A DNA stretch of 64,000 nt from an uncultured beta proteobacterium (GTDB lineage Bacteria; Pseudomonadota; Gammaproteobacteria; Burkholderiales; SG8-41), in the NCBI GenBank assembly GCA_963808765.1, contig CAWEHH010000009.1, positions 16,038 to 80,037 of the forward strand, in the 5' to 3' direction. Within the stretch, counting starts at the first letter, position 1; each line of letters starts with the position of its first letter. The notes under the pieces are model-generated. The model was not told the DNA's origin. It worked only from the letters and a program-made list of their open reading frames with translations, and did no database searches. A program made the translations under genes and the position numbers. This document shows, in pieces, positions 10,031 through 20,680 of this stretch.

Positions 10031-11435
10031 TTACATCAGCGTCCGCACGTCGGTTATGCGCCCCGTGACCGCCGCGGCCGCGACCATCGCGGGACTCATC
10101 AGATGCGTGCGCGCGCCCTTCCCTTGCCGCCCCTCGAAGTTGCGGTTCGACGTCGACGCGCAGCGCATGCCCGGCGGCACGATGTCGCCGTTCATCGCCG
10201 CGCACCCGGAGCAGCCCGAGTCGCGCCATTCGATTCCTGCTTCAGTGAAGACGCGATCGAGCCCTTCCGCCTCGGCCTGCCGCTTGATCGGCGTCGACCC
10301 TGGGGACACCCATGCCGGCACCACCGCCTTTCGGCCTCTCAACACCGCGGCAGCGGCGCGCAAGTCCTCGATGCGGCCGTTGGTGCACGTTCCGATGAAC
10401 GCGCGATCGATAGGGATGTCGGTGATGCGCATGCCGGGTTGGAGATCCATGTAGCGCAGCGCCTGCTCGGCGTGGACGCGCTTGTCGGTGGCCGCCATCT
10501 GCACGGGATCTGGAATATGCGCGCTCACCGGCAACGCCTCCTCGGGGCTCGTGCCCCAGGTCACGGTAGGTTCGAGCCGCGAGCCATCGATACGAATCTC
10601 GCGATCGAAATGCGCACCCTCGTCAGACGGCAGCGTTCGCCACCACGCGAGCGCCGCGTCCCAATCCGCTTCCTTGCGGCGCGAATTCGCGCCCATGCAG
10701 GTACTCGAACGTCGTATCGTCCGGCGCGACCATGCCGGCACGCGCGCCTGCTTCGATCGACATATTGCACACGGTGAGCCGGCCTTCCATCGAGAGGCTG
10801 CGGATGACTGAACCGGCATACTCGATCGCGTGTCCCGTCGCGCCCGCGGTGCCGATCGCCGCGATGATGGAGAGGATCACATCCTTCGCGCTGACGCCGG
10901 CCGCGAGCGCGCCGTCGACGATCACGCGGAAGCTCTTCGGCTTCTTCTGCCACAGACACTGCGCGGCAAGCACCTGCTTCAATTGCGACGCGCCGATTCC
11001 GAACGCGAGCGCGCCGAACGCGCCATGCGTCGAGGTGTGAGAGTCGCCGCACGCCATCGTGAGTCCCGGCTGCGTGATGCCGAGCTCCGGTCCGATCACG
11101 TGCACGATGCCTTGCCGCGGATCGTTCATGCCGAGATGCAGCAATGCGTTGTCGCGGGCGTTCGCTTCGAGCAGCTCGACCATCGTGCGAATCTCGGGAT
11201 CGACGATCGCCTGCACGCCGCGATCACGGCCCAGCGTCGGCACGTAGTGATCGGCAGTCGCGAAGTTCTGATGCGGTTTGCGCACTTTGCGCCCTTCCTT
11301 CGCCAGCCCGGCGAACGCGTGGAAGGACCCTTCGTGAACGATGTTGCGATCGATGTAGAGCAGAGCCTCGCCGCCCCTTTCGGTGACGACGTGCTGCTCC
11401 CAGATCTTGTCGAGCAGACTGCGCGGGGTGATCAT
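10031..11435 (-). pseudogene. leuC: 3-isopropylmalate dehydratase-type large subunit (LeuC-like), one frame break
   Basis: N-terminal part from ORF 10623-11435 ([21 protein letters not shown]). C-terminal part from ORF 10031-10819 ([34 protein letters not shown]). Break near 10678, at the FAP|KEADWD junction. Confidence 0.85.
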
Positions 11436-11566
11436 CGTAAGGCGGAAGTCGCTGCGGTGAGAGCGGCCATGCTACAGCGATTGGGGGCTGCGGGCCAACC
11501 TGGTGCAAGGCGCTTAAGCGCATGGTCGCTCAAGTAATATGGCCGCACTTGCGAACCCCTATCCTG

Positions 11567-12389
11567 CGCATGAGACTCGGACTCGTCAAGCGTAACGGCG
11601 GAAAGCAGAGTGACCGATCCGGTGAGCGCCGCGCAGGCGCAGCACGCTTCCGGCGCGAAGGTTACTCTCGAAATCGCTGGTTCGGCGTATTGGCAGTTGC
11701 GCTCGTTGCCATCATGCAGGGGTTGGCCGGTTGCGCGAGCCGTGAACCCAATCGCCTCGCGCTCGATGCACCCTCGCCCGGCATGCACGGCTTTTTCGTC
11801 GTGTCACATGGCTATCACTCAGGCCTCGCCGTGCGCGCGCGCGACGTGCCTGAAGGCGCGTGGCCGGCGCGCCGTGATTTTCCGGACGCCGAGTTTCTCG
11901 TGATGGGTTGGGGCGAGCGCGAGTGACTACCCCCACGAGGATCCCGGCGTCTCGCTCGCATTACGCGCGCTTTTCACGCCGTCGCACAGCACGCTCCACG
12001 TTCTACCGATCGCCGGATCGCCGGCGCGTGCGTTTCCGGATGCCGAAGTCATCGAATTGCGCGTTGCAGGCCGAAGCTTCCATCGCATGATCGAGTTCGT
12101 CCGCGAGACCTACGAGCTCGACGCAAGCGGCGGCGGCATCGCGGTCCCCTCGGGTAATCGCCAGCAGGGCCGCTTCTATGCTTCGGGCCGCACCTTCCAC
12201 GCCTTCGAGAATTGCAATACCTGGGTCGCCCGCGCGCTCCATCGGGCGGGTTTGCCGGTCGAGCCGGAAAACACCATCACACCGGGCGCGTTGCTGCGTC
12301 AGGTACGGCCATTGAGCGTGGGCCAGGGGGCTCCGGCCGAAGCATATGCGGGGCTATACTTCGCTCCCGAGGAGGCGAGCTCGCAGTGA
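11567..12389 (+). pseudogene. DUF2459/TIGR02117-like conserved protein (probable lipoprotein), one frame break; start uncertain
   Basis: ORFs 11522-11926 and 12057-12389 join via a 1-nt shift near 11925 (WGERE|YPHEDPGVSLAL...). Possible lipobox LAGC; C-terminal FENCNTWVARAL motif. The family assignment is from memory. Confidence 0.55.
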
Positions 12390-12914
12390 GGATCCAGAAC
12401 CGGTTCGAAGTGCCCATGGCGCCAGGCGAGGCGTGGCCTTTCCTCATGGACATCGCCGCGACGGTGCCGTGCTTTCCGGGCGCCGAGCTGATCGAGCAAA
12501 TCGACACGGATAACTACAGGGGCCGCATGACGGTGAAGCTCGGACCGTTGACGATGGTCTTCAACGGCAAGCTTCGCATCGAAGACAGGAACGACGAAGC
12601 ACGTTGCCGGGAGCGTCCGGGCAGACTGGACCGAAACGAAGGGGCGCGGCAACGCGAACAGCGTCACGCGATTTGCGATGAACGAAAGCGAAGGCGGCAC
12701 GCGTGTCGAGCTCGATACCGAAGTGCAGCTCGCGGGTCAGGTGGCGCAATACGGACGCGGCGCCGGAATGATCGCGGACATCTCCGCTCAGCTCGTCTCC
12801 CGTTTCGCCGACAACCTGCGTGCGCGAATCAACGAAAGCGCAATGGAGCACCGTGCGATCTCGGCCCTGACGCTCGCCTCTCGCGCGCTGCTGAAGCGGG
12901 TGAAGCGAACCTGA
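12386..12914 (+). pseudogene. SRPBCC/CoxG-family protein, one frame break
   Basis: The GTG at 12386 overlaps the upstream stop (GTGA). N-terminus RIQNRFEVPMAPGEAWPFLMD...; C-terminus from ORF 12678-12914 (QVAQYGRGAGMIADISAQLVSRFADNL). Break near 12600. Confidence 0.7.
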
Positions 12915-13013
12915 GAACGACGCGGACACCGCCGACAAAAGACCGCCCTCGCATCCGTCGCCCGAGAGGCGAGGGCCAGAAACATTTGTTTGTCGATCCC
13001 AAGGAGTAACACG

Positions 13014-14670
13014 ATGCCGGACACCGCGATCGCGACTTCCCATCCGTCGGCGGCGACGCACCCGCGCCTCGACTTCCAGGAGCACCTCGCCGATCTCGAA
13101 GCGCAGGGGCTGCTCGTCCGGGTCACCCGTCCCATCGACAAGGACACCGAGCTTCACCCCCTCGTGCGCTGCCAGTTCGTGGGCGGCATCGCGGAAAACG
13201 AGCGCCGCGCGTTTCTGTTCACGAACGTGGTCGATGCGAAGGGGCGCCGCTACGAGATGCCGGTCGCGGTCGGCGCGCTCGCCGCGTCTCCACGCATTTA
13301 CGCGATGGGAATGGGCAAGTCGGTCGAGGAGATCGGCCGCACATGGATGCAGGCGATCAACGCCCCGATCGCGCCGGTGAATGTCACTCAACCGCGATGC
13401 CAGGAAGTCGTGTGGACCGGAGAAGCGCTGACCCGCCCCGGCGGCGGTCTCGCCGCTCTGCCCGTGCCGGTCTCCACTCCCGGCTTCGATGCGGCGCCGT
13501 ATCTCACGGCGACCTTGTGCGTGACGCGCGATCCCGAAAACGGCATCCAGAACATGGGCACCTACCGCGCGGCGCTCAAGGCGACCGACCGGCTCGCGGT
13601 GCGCATGGTCGCGCGCGTGGGTGGCGCGGGCGGGTATCTGCACTGGCTGAAATACCGCAGCCGCAACGAGCCGATGCCGATCGCGATCGTAATCGGCTGT
13701 GCGCCGGTCATCTTCTTCACCGGTCCCCAGAAGCTCGCGACCGACGTGGACGAGCTTGCGGTTGCCGGAGGGCTTGCCGGAACGGCGATACGCAAGACGC
13801 GATGCGTGAGCGTCGACCTCGACGTGCCCGCCGACGCCGAGATCGTGATCGAAGGGCTGATCGACCCGCAGGTGCTCGAACCGGAGGCGCCGTTCGGAGA
13901 GAGCAATGGCTACGTCGCGCTGGAAGCGTTCAACATGCCGATGCGCGTGACCGCCATCACGCATAAGCGCGCGCCCGTGTTCACGTCGATCATCAGCCAG
14001 GTGACGCCCAGCGAATCGAGCGTCGTCAAGAAAGTGGCGTACGAGCCGCTCTTCCTCGCGCACCTGCGCGATCATCTCTCGCTGAAGACGGTACGCCGCG
14101 TCGTCATGCACGAGCCGCTCACCAACCTGCGGCCCGTCATGTTCGTGCAGTTCGCGCGGGGCACGCAGCGTACCGAGGTGTGGCGCGGGCTGCACGGGGC
14201 CGCGAGCCTCAGGCCCGAGTGCGGGAAGATCGTGATCGCCGTGAGCGAAGACATCGATCCTGAGAGCACGGACGCGGTCTTCTGGTCGCTCGCCTATCGC
14301 TCCAATCCGATCGAGGACGTGATGCTGCTCCCCGTACCGGCGCGGCGTGCAGGGCTCGCAATACGGGCCGGGAGAGTCCGAATCGACGATGCTGATCGAC
14401 GCGACTCAGAAACATCCCATGGCGCCGCTCGCGCTCCCTGCACGCGAATACATGGAGCGGGCGCAGGCGATATGGAACGAGCTGGAACTGCCCGGCCTCA
14501 CGATGAAATCGCCATGGCATGGTTACACGCTCGGCGACTGGACCGATGTCTGGGAGCGCTTCGCGCGTCGCGCCGCGCACGGCGATTGGGAGGAGAACGG
14601 AATCGAGACTCTTGCGCGCAGCCGGCCCGGACTCGAGCCGGAGACGCCGGTGGGAAAAGTGGAGAAGTGA
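13014..14670 (+). pseudogene. UbiD-family (prFMN-dependent) decarboxylase, one frame break
   Basis: ATG after AAGGAG. UbiD-like throughout (TRDPENGIQNMGTYR, GESNGYVA, SQVTPSES). The C-terminus comes from ORF 14347-14670. The break is at the C-run 14330-14333. Confidence 0.85.
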
Positions 14671-15542
14671 AGCCCGCGCCCTTCACCTACCACGATCCGC
14701 GCTCGGTGACGGAAGCGTTCGAGCTGCTCGCCTTCCTCGAGAACGCACGCGTGCTCGCGGGCGGGCAGTCTCTCATGCCCATGATGAACTTCCGGTATGC
14801 GATGCCGGATCACGTGATCGATCTGAACCGGATCGGCGCGCTTTCGTATTTGCGCTGCGACGACGAGGCACTGCGATCGGGTGCCATGACGCGTCAGCGC
14901 GACATCGAGTTTTCGACCGAAGTCGGCAAGCGAGCACCCATCCTCCACGAAGCGCTTGCCCACGTCGGTCATCGCCAGACGCGGAACCGCGGCACTCTCG
15001 GCGGTTCGTTGTGCCACTTGGATCCCTCCGCCGAGCTCGTCAATGTGACGGCTCTGCTCGACGGGGCACTTCACGTCGGCTCGACGCGCGGCGTGCGCAA
15101 CGTCTCCATCGCGGAGTTCGCGATCGCGTACATGACAACCTGTCTCGAGCCCGATGAGATGCTTGCGGGCATCACGCTGCCATTGCCGCCGCCGCGCGCC
15201 GGTCACGCCTTCGTCGAATTCGCCCGGCGGCACGGCGATTTCGCGATCGTCGCCTGCTCGGCGCTGCTTGGCCTCGATGAAAACGGCGCCATCGCACATG
15301 CGCGGCTCGCTATCTCCGGCCTGGCTTTCGGCCCCGTGCGGCCCACCGCAATCGAGAGCGCGCTCGAGGGCGAGCAACCGTCCGCCGCGACGTTCAAGGC
15401 AGCGGCCGCCGAAGCGGAAAAGCTCGAGGCGTCCGGCGACGCCTACGTATCGTCGGCATATCGCCGGCATCTTGCGCGCGTGCTCACCTATCGCGCGCTC
15501 GAACGCGCCGGCCATCGCGCGGCGGTGCTTGCAGATGGCTGA
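14667..15542 (+). CDS. Molybdenum hydroxylase FAD-binding subunit (CoxM/XdhB-like)
   Basis: The GTG overlaps the UbiD stop (GTGA). FTYHDPRSVTEAFELL, LAGGQSLMPMMNFR, RNRGTLGGSL. Confidence 0.85.
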   Translation: MKPAPFTYHDPRSVTEAFELLAFLENARVLAGGQSLMPMMNFRYAMPDHVIDLNRIGALSYLRCDDEALRSGAMTRQRDIEFSTEVGKRAPILHEALAHVGHRQTRNRGTLGGSLCHLDPSAELVNVTALLDGALHVGSTRGVRNVSIAEFAIAYMTTCLEPDEMLAGITLPLPPPRAGHAFVEFARRHGDFAIVACSALLGLDENGAIAHARLAISGLAFGPVRPTAIESALEGEQPSAATFKAAAAEAEKLEASGDAYVSSAYRRHLARVLTYRALERAGHRAAVLADG

Positions 15543-16013
15543 CCGGCGCGCGATCGCGGTGAGCGTCAACGGCGTCGCGCACGAGCGCGAAGTCGAGACG
15601 CGCATGACGCTCGCGGACTTCCTGCGCCACGAGCTCGGCCTGACCGGCACGCACGTCGGCTGCGAGCACGGCGTGTGCGGCGCCTGCACGGTGCTCGTCG
15701 GCGGCATGAGCGTGCGCGCCTGTCTCATGCTCGCTGTGCAGTGCGACGGAGAGGAGATCGAGACCGTCGAAAGCCTCGCGAGCGATGGCGAGCTCAACCC
15801 GTTGCAGCAGGCGTTCCAGGATTTCACGGGCTCCAATGCGGGTTCTGCACGCCGGGCGTCCTGATGACGCTGACCGAGTTCCTGCGCGATCGTCCGGACC
15901 CGACGGAGGCCGAGGTGCGCGAAGTGCTGACGGGCAATCTGTGCCGCTGCACCGGCTACCAGGGCATGGTCGACGCGACGCTCGCCGCCGCGAAGCGCAT
16001 ACGGGAGGGCACG
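15535..16013 (+). pseudogene. Molybdenum hydroxylase [2Fe-2S] small subunit (CoxS-like), one frame break; 3' end unresolved
   Basis: The start ATGGCTGA overlaps the coxM-like stop. CEHGVCGACTV, then after a missing C near 15825, GLQCGFCTPG and CRCTGY. There is no in-frame stop before the large-subunit start. Confidence 0.8.
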
Positions 16014-18358
16014 GTGATCGACACGGGCTTCGGCGCGTCTGCCGCACGCAAGGAGGATCCGCCGCTGCTCCGCGGCGAAGGCTGTTACGTCGACGACATC
16101 CAGCTTCCCGGGCATGCTGCACGCGGCGTTCGTGAGAAGTCCTTATGCACACGCACGCGTCGGGCGCATCGACAAACGCGCAGCGCTCGCGCTTTCCGGC
16201 GTGCATGCGGTCCTCGAGTATGCCGACCTGCCCGAGAGCGTGCGCCGGCAGACGCTGCCGTTGCTCGTGCCGCATCCGGCGATCCGGTATCCCTTCATGC
16301 CGTATGCACTGGTGAAGGACGAAGCGTGCTATGCGGGCGAGCCGGTGGCCTGCGTCATCGCCGACAGCCGCTACATCGCCGAGGACGCCGCACAGCTCGT
16401 CGAAGTCGAGTACGAGCCGCTCCCCGCCGTCAATGACTGCCGCGCTGCGCTCGAAGCCGAGGCGCCACGTGCGCACGCGACCGCCGAATCGAATCTGGCG
16501 GCGCGCTTCCCGGTAAGGGCCGGCGACGCCGACGGCGCTTTTGCGGGCGCGAAGCACGTCTATCGGGAACGCATCTACCAGCACCGAGGCGGGCCGTTCT
16601 TCATCGAATGCCGAGGCGTCGTGGCGAGCGTCGACGCAGTCACGCAGGCGCTCACGCTCCATGTGGCCTCGCAGGGCTCGCATCGGATCAAGCGCTGCAT
16701 GCTGGACATGTTCGACGCCGGAGATCACGAGGTGCGTGTCGTCACGCCGGACGTGGGCGGCGGGTTCGGGCCCAAGGGGTCGTTCTATCCCGAGTACGTG
16801 AACGTCGCCGTGGCCGCGATGCGTCTTAAGCGCCCGGTCAAATGGATCGAGGACCGGCGCGAGAATTTCCTCGCCACCCATCAGGAACGCGATCAGTACC
16901 TGGGACGTCGAGATCGCGCTCGATGCCGACGGGAAGATTCTCGGCGTGCGCGGGCAGCTCATCCATGAGACTGGCGCGTATGTGCCGTGGGGCATCGTTC
17001 TGCCATGGATCGCGGCGACGACCGTGCCGGGACCGTATGTCATTCCGAATTTCAAGCTCGACGTGCTTTCCGTGTTCACGAACAAGATCCAGACGACGCC
17101 GGTGCGCGGAGCGGGCCGCCCTGAAGCCGTCGTCACGATGGAGCGGTTGATGGATCGGGCGGCGCGGGAGCTTGACCTCGACCCGGCCGAGCTCCGGCGC
17201 CGCAACTTCATCCGGCCCGAGCAGATGCCCTACAACGTCGGCATCATTTTCAGGGACGGGCGCCCCGTCACGTATGACAGCGGCGACTACCCTGCATGCC
17301 AGGCGTCGGCGATCGAGGCCGCGGGATACGACTCGTTCACCGAGCGTCAGGCGAAGGCGCGAACGGAAGGCCGCTACATCGGCATCGGGCTTTCCAATGC
17401 GGTCGAAGCGACGGGTCTCGGGCCGTACGAGAGCGCGACGGTGCGGGTTGCGACCAGCGGAAAGATCGTGGTGTACACCGGCGCAACGCCGCAAGGGCAG
17501 GGCCACAAGACCACACTCGCGCAGATCGCGGCCGACGAACTCGGAGTGGAGATCGACGATATCGAAGTCGTCACCGGCGACACGGGAGCCGTGTCGCTTG
17601 GGGTCGGCACGTTTGCCGCGCGCACGGCGGTCAATGCCGGGTCGTCGGTTCACGTCGCCGCGCGTGCTGTCGCGGAGAAGGCGAGGAAGCTGGCGGCCGG
17701 GATGATGGAGTGCCTCGAGGAAGATCTCGAGCTCGCTGAAGGTTACGTGCGCTCGCGCAGCCATCCGGACGTGCGCAAGAGCCTGCGCGAGGTCGCGGTG
17801 AAGTCGATCGGCACGCCTGGCTTTTCGATGGCCGGAGGCCTGCCGCCCGGCCTCGAGCACACCGCGCATTTCACGCCCGAGCAGTCGGTCTACTCCAACG
17901 GAACGCACGTCGCCGAAGTCGAAGTCGACATCGAAACCGGCGCGGTCAGGATCCTGCGCTACACGGTGGTGCACGACTGCGGGCGCGTGATCAACCCGCT
18001 GGTCGTCGATGGGCAGGTGATCGGCGGCGTCGCGCATGGGGTCGGCAACGCGCTTTTCGAGCGCATGGTGTTCGACGAGAACGCGCAGCCGCTTTCGACG
18101 AACTTCGGCGAGTACCTGCTGCCGCTCGCGACCGACGTGCCCCGCATCGATATCGTGCACCTCGAAACGCCTTCGCCGCTCAACCCGCTTGGCATCAAGG
18201 GCGCCGGAGAAGGCGGCACGATTCCGGCGATCGCGGCGATTGCGGCGGCCGTCGAGAACGCGCTGTCGCCCTTCGGCGTGCACATCGACGAAGTGCCGAT
18301 CAGCCCGCAGCGGATCGTCGAGCTGCTCGGCGAACATGCGCTTGGACGGATGGCGTGA
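16014..18358 (+). pseudogene. Molybdenum hydroxylase large (molybdopterin-binding) subunit (CoxL/XdhA-like), two frame breaks
   Basis: GTG after GGGAGGG. ARKEDPPLLRGEGCYVDD, MLHAAFVRSPYAHA, VGGGFGPK, TPVRGAGRPEA, GEGGTIP. Breaks at the G-run 16110-16112 and at CC 16899-16900. Confidence 0.85.
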
Positions 18359-18560
18359 TGCTGAGCCACCATTCTGGCATGAGCGGCGGCCGCTGGAACA
18401 GCGTGTCCGCCGCGAAGTGACATTCGAAGATGCATCCGCACTCCCGTCCGAGTGAACGAGGGCTGGGGCAGAAGGAGGTCGATGCGGTCGCGCCGGATGA
18501 CGAATACGAGCGAATCATCGAGACAGGAAACTAGCGGACGAAGATTAACGGAGCATCGTA

Positions 18561-19505
18561 GTGAACCACTTCGTGGCGGTGTCTCTTGCTGCGATCGCGC
18601 TCGGCGGCACGGCGCTCGTCTTCGCCCAGGACAAGTTTCCCAGCCGCGTCATACGCATCGTCACGGCCGCGCCCGGCAGCAATCACGACTGGGGCGCGCG
18701 GCTGACGGCGCACGAGCTCGCGCCGCGCATCGGACAGCGCGTGATCGTCGAGAACCGAGGCAGTATTTCGGTCGAGTATGTCGCGAAGGAAGCGCCGCCC
18801 GATGGCTACACGGTGCTTTTCTACGGCGCCGTCGTGTGGCTGCAGCCGCTCCTCAGTCGTGTGAACTGGGACCCGTTCGCCGATTTCGCACCGGTCACGC
18901 TCGCGATCAGCGCACCGAACCTGCTGGCCGTGCATCCGTCGCTTCCGGTGAAGTCCGTCAAGGAGCTGATCACGCTGGCGCGCTCGCGCCCGGGACAACT
19001 GAACTACGGCGCCGGCGGAGCGGGCTCGACGCCGCACATCGCGGCGGAGCTTTTCAGGCACATGGCGAAAGTCGATATCGTGCGCGTGAACTACAAGGGT
19101 TCGGGCCCGGCGCAGGTGGGCCTCCTCACCGGCGAGGTGCAGATCATGTTCGCGGGGCTCGGCCCCATCATGCCGCACGTGAAAAGCGGCAAGGCGCGCG
19201 CGCTGGCGGTCACCACGGCGAAGCGCACGAAGCTCACGCCGGAGCTCCCAACCGTCTCGGAGGTGCTGCCCGGCTATGACTCGCAGGCAGCGATCGGTTT
19301 CTTCGTTCCCCGCAGGACGCCGGCCACAGTGGTGAGCTACCTCAATGGCGAGATCGTTCAGGCGCTCAAGGCCACGGATCCGGAGAAGCTCTTCAACGCC
19401 GGCGTCGAGGTCGTTGCGAGCACGCCGGAGGAATTGACGGCGTTCATGAAGACCGAAGTGGAGCGCATGGCAGAAGTGATCAGGGGCGGTCGTTTCAGTA
19501 ACTGA
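18561..19505 (+). CDS. Bug/TctC-family substrate-binding protein
   Basis: Intact 314 aa ORF. Signal peptide, FPSRVIRIVTAAPGSNHD, NYKGSGPAQVG. Confidence 0.9.
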   Translation: MNHFVAVSLAAIALGGTALVFAQDKFPSRVIRIVTAAPGSNHDWGARLTAHELAPRIGQRVIVENRGSISVEYVAKEAPPDGYTVLFYGAVVWLQPLLSRVNWDPFADFAPVTLAISAPNLLAVHPSLPVKSVKELITLARSRPGQLNYGAGGAGSTPHIAAELFRHMAKVDIVRVNYKGSGPAQVGLLTGEVQIMFAGLGPIMPHVKSGKARALAVTTAKRTKLTPELPTVSEVLPGYDSQAAIGFFVPRRTPATVVSYLNGEIVQALKATDPEKLFNAGVEVVASTPEELTAFMKTEVERMAEVIRGGRFSN

Positions 19506-19532
19506 GTGCGTGCACGCGGCAACGCACCGCAC

Positions 19533-19565
19533 GCAGTCATCCCGGCGCGAGGCCGGGATCCAGGC
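19533..19565. repeat. REP-like palindromic unit
   Basis: gcagtcatcccggcgcgaggccgggatccaggc, same family as the units at 8180-8320. Confidence 0.5.
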
Positions 19566-19606
19566 AACTAACAGCGTGGTGCGCGCCCGCTGCTTCACGC
19601 CCCCTC

Positions 19607-19724
19607 GTTCTGCCCCAGGCCTCGTACTGAGGATGTGAATGTAACTAACGAACGCCGGAGTGCTTCGTTCGCGGGGACCCCGCCGTTCCACGGCCCCCGC
19701 TTACCGGAACGGGGCGGTTCTACC
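19607..19724 (-). repeat. ~115-nt structured intergenic repeat, copy A (family with an invariant 30-mer core)
   Basis: The reverse complement contains GCGGGGGCCGTGGAACGGCGGGGTCCCCGC plus GTACGAGGCC and GCAGAAC blocks. It is collinear with the copies at 31799 and 50924. Confidence 0.65.
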
Positions 19725-20618
19725 TAAAGGTGTGCGCGCTGATCCTCCGGCACGCCGTAGCGCTCTTCGAGCTTTTGAATCTCCGGTAAGCCCGCGATGT
19801 CGGTGAACTGCTTGAAGTCGGCGACCTTGCCGCGGATGTCCGCGATGCCGCCCTTCGCTTCAACTCGCGCAGCATCGCCTGCATCGCGGGTATCGCCGCC
19901 AAGATGATCCAGTTCGGATAGATCGCGAGCTTGAAGCCGAGCCGGCCGAGCTCATCCGCGGGAAGGTCCGGCGTCTTGCCGCTCGCGGCCATGTTGTAGA
20001 GGAGCGGCACGCCTTTGAAGTGCGCGCGACGCGCTCGACTTCGGCGCGGCCGACCGGCGCTTCGATGAACAGCATGTCGGCGCCGGCTTCGCGATAGCGC
20101 TCGCCGCGCTCGAGCGCGGCTTCCAGCCCTTCCACCGCGATCGCGTCGCAGCGCGCGATGATCATGAAGTCGGCATCGCTCCGTGCGTCGCACGCCGCCG
20201 TGATTTTCGCGGCCATTTCCGCCGTCGGGATGACGCGTTTGCCGGCGAGATGCCCGCAGCGCTTCGGCCAGACCTGGTCCTCGATGTGCACGCCCGCGAC
20301 CCCCGCTTTCTCGTAATCGCGGATCGTGCGGCGCATGTTGATCGGATTGCCGTAGCCAGTGTCGGCGTCCGCGATCACGGGAAGGCCCGATGCGTCGACG
20401 ATGCGGCTCGCGTTATCGACCATCTCGGTCGCGGTGAGGAGGCCCACGTCCGGCGCGCCGAGCCGCGTGAGACTCGTGCCGAAGCCGGTCATGTAGACGG
20501 CGTCGAAGCCTTCCAACGCCACGAGCCGCGCCGCAAGCGCGTCGGCGACACCGGGCGCGACGATGCAGCCGGGGCGAGCAAGGAGAGCGCGCAGGCGCGC
20601 GGTGGCACGTTCTGTCAT
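19724..20618 (-). pseudogene. Isocitrate lyase / PEP mutase superfamily protein, two frame breaks
   Basis: ORF 19860-20618 (ADADTGYGNP, GVHIEDQVWPKRCGH, IIARCDA), then ORF 19720-20193 (KGVPLLYNMAASGKTP), then a third frame ending ...ERYGVPEDQRAHL* at 19724. Breaks near 20040 and 19856. Confidence 0.8.
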
Positions 20619-20680
20619 GGAGGGCTCCGGGGTCTTCGATTATAGGTCGGGACAGACGCCGATCTCTCGCTAAGGCTGCT

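Noticed and set aside
10670-10690. Programmed ribosomal frameshifting or recoding as the cause of the broken frames.
   Set aside because: There are far too many sites (about 40) in unrelated genes. I saw no shared slippery heptamer or downstream structure. The sites I examined are simple +/-1 changes in short G/C runs.
14667-18358. Reading the CoxM/S/L-like genes as an aerobic carbon monoxide dehydrogenase.
   Set aside because: The large-subunit catalytic loop reads TPVRGAGRPEA rather than the form-I AYRCSFR signature. No coxDEF-type accessory genes are present. The operon context (UbiD decarboxylase, Bug receptor) points to an organic substrate.
18531-19691. ORFs beginning MERRGPRERS... (18531-19691 minus and 50957-51160 plus) as a conserved duplicated gene.
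   Set aside because: The shared peptide is just the translation of the ~115-nt repeat core. The remainder of each ORF is unrelated, and the first is antisense to a Bug gene.
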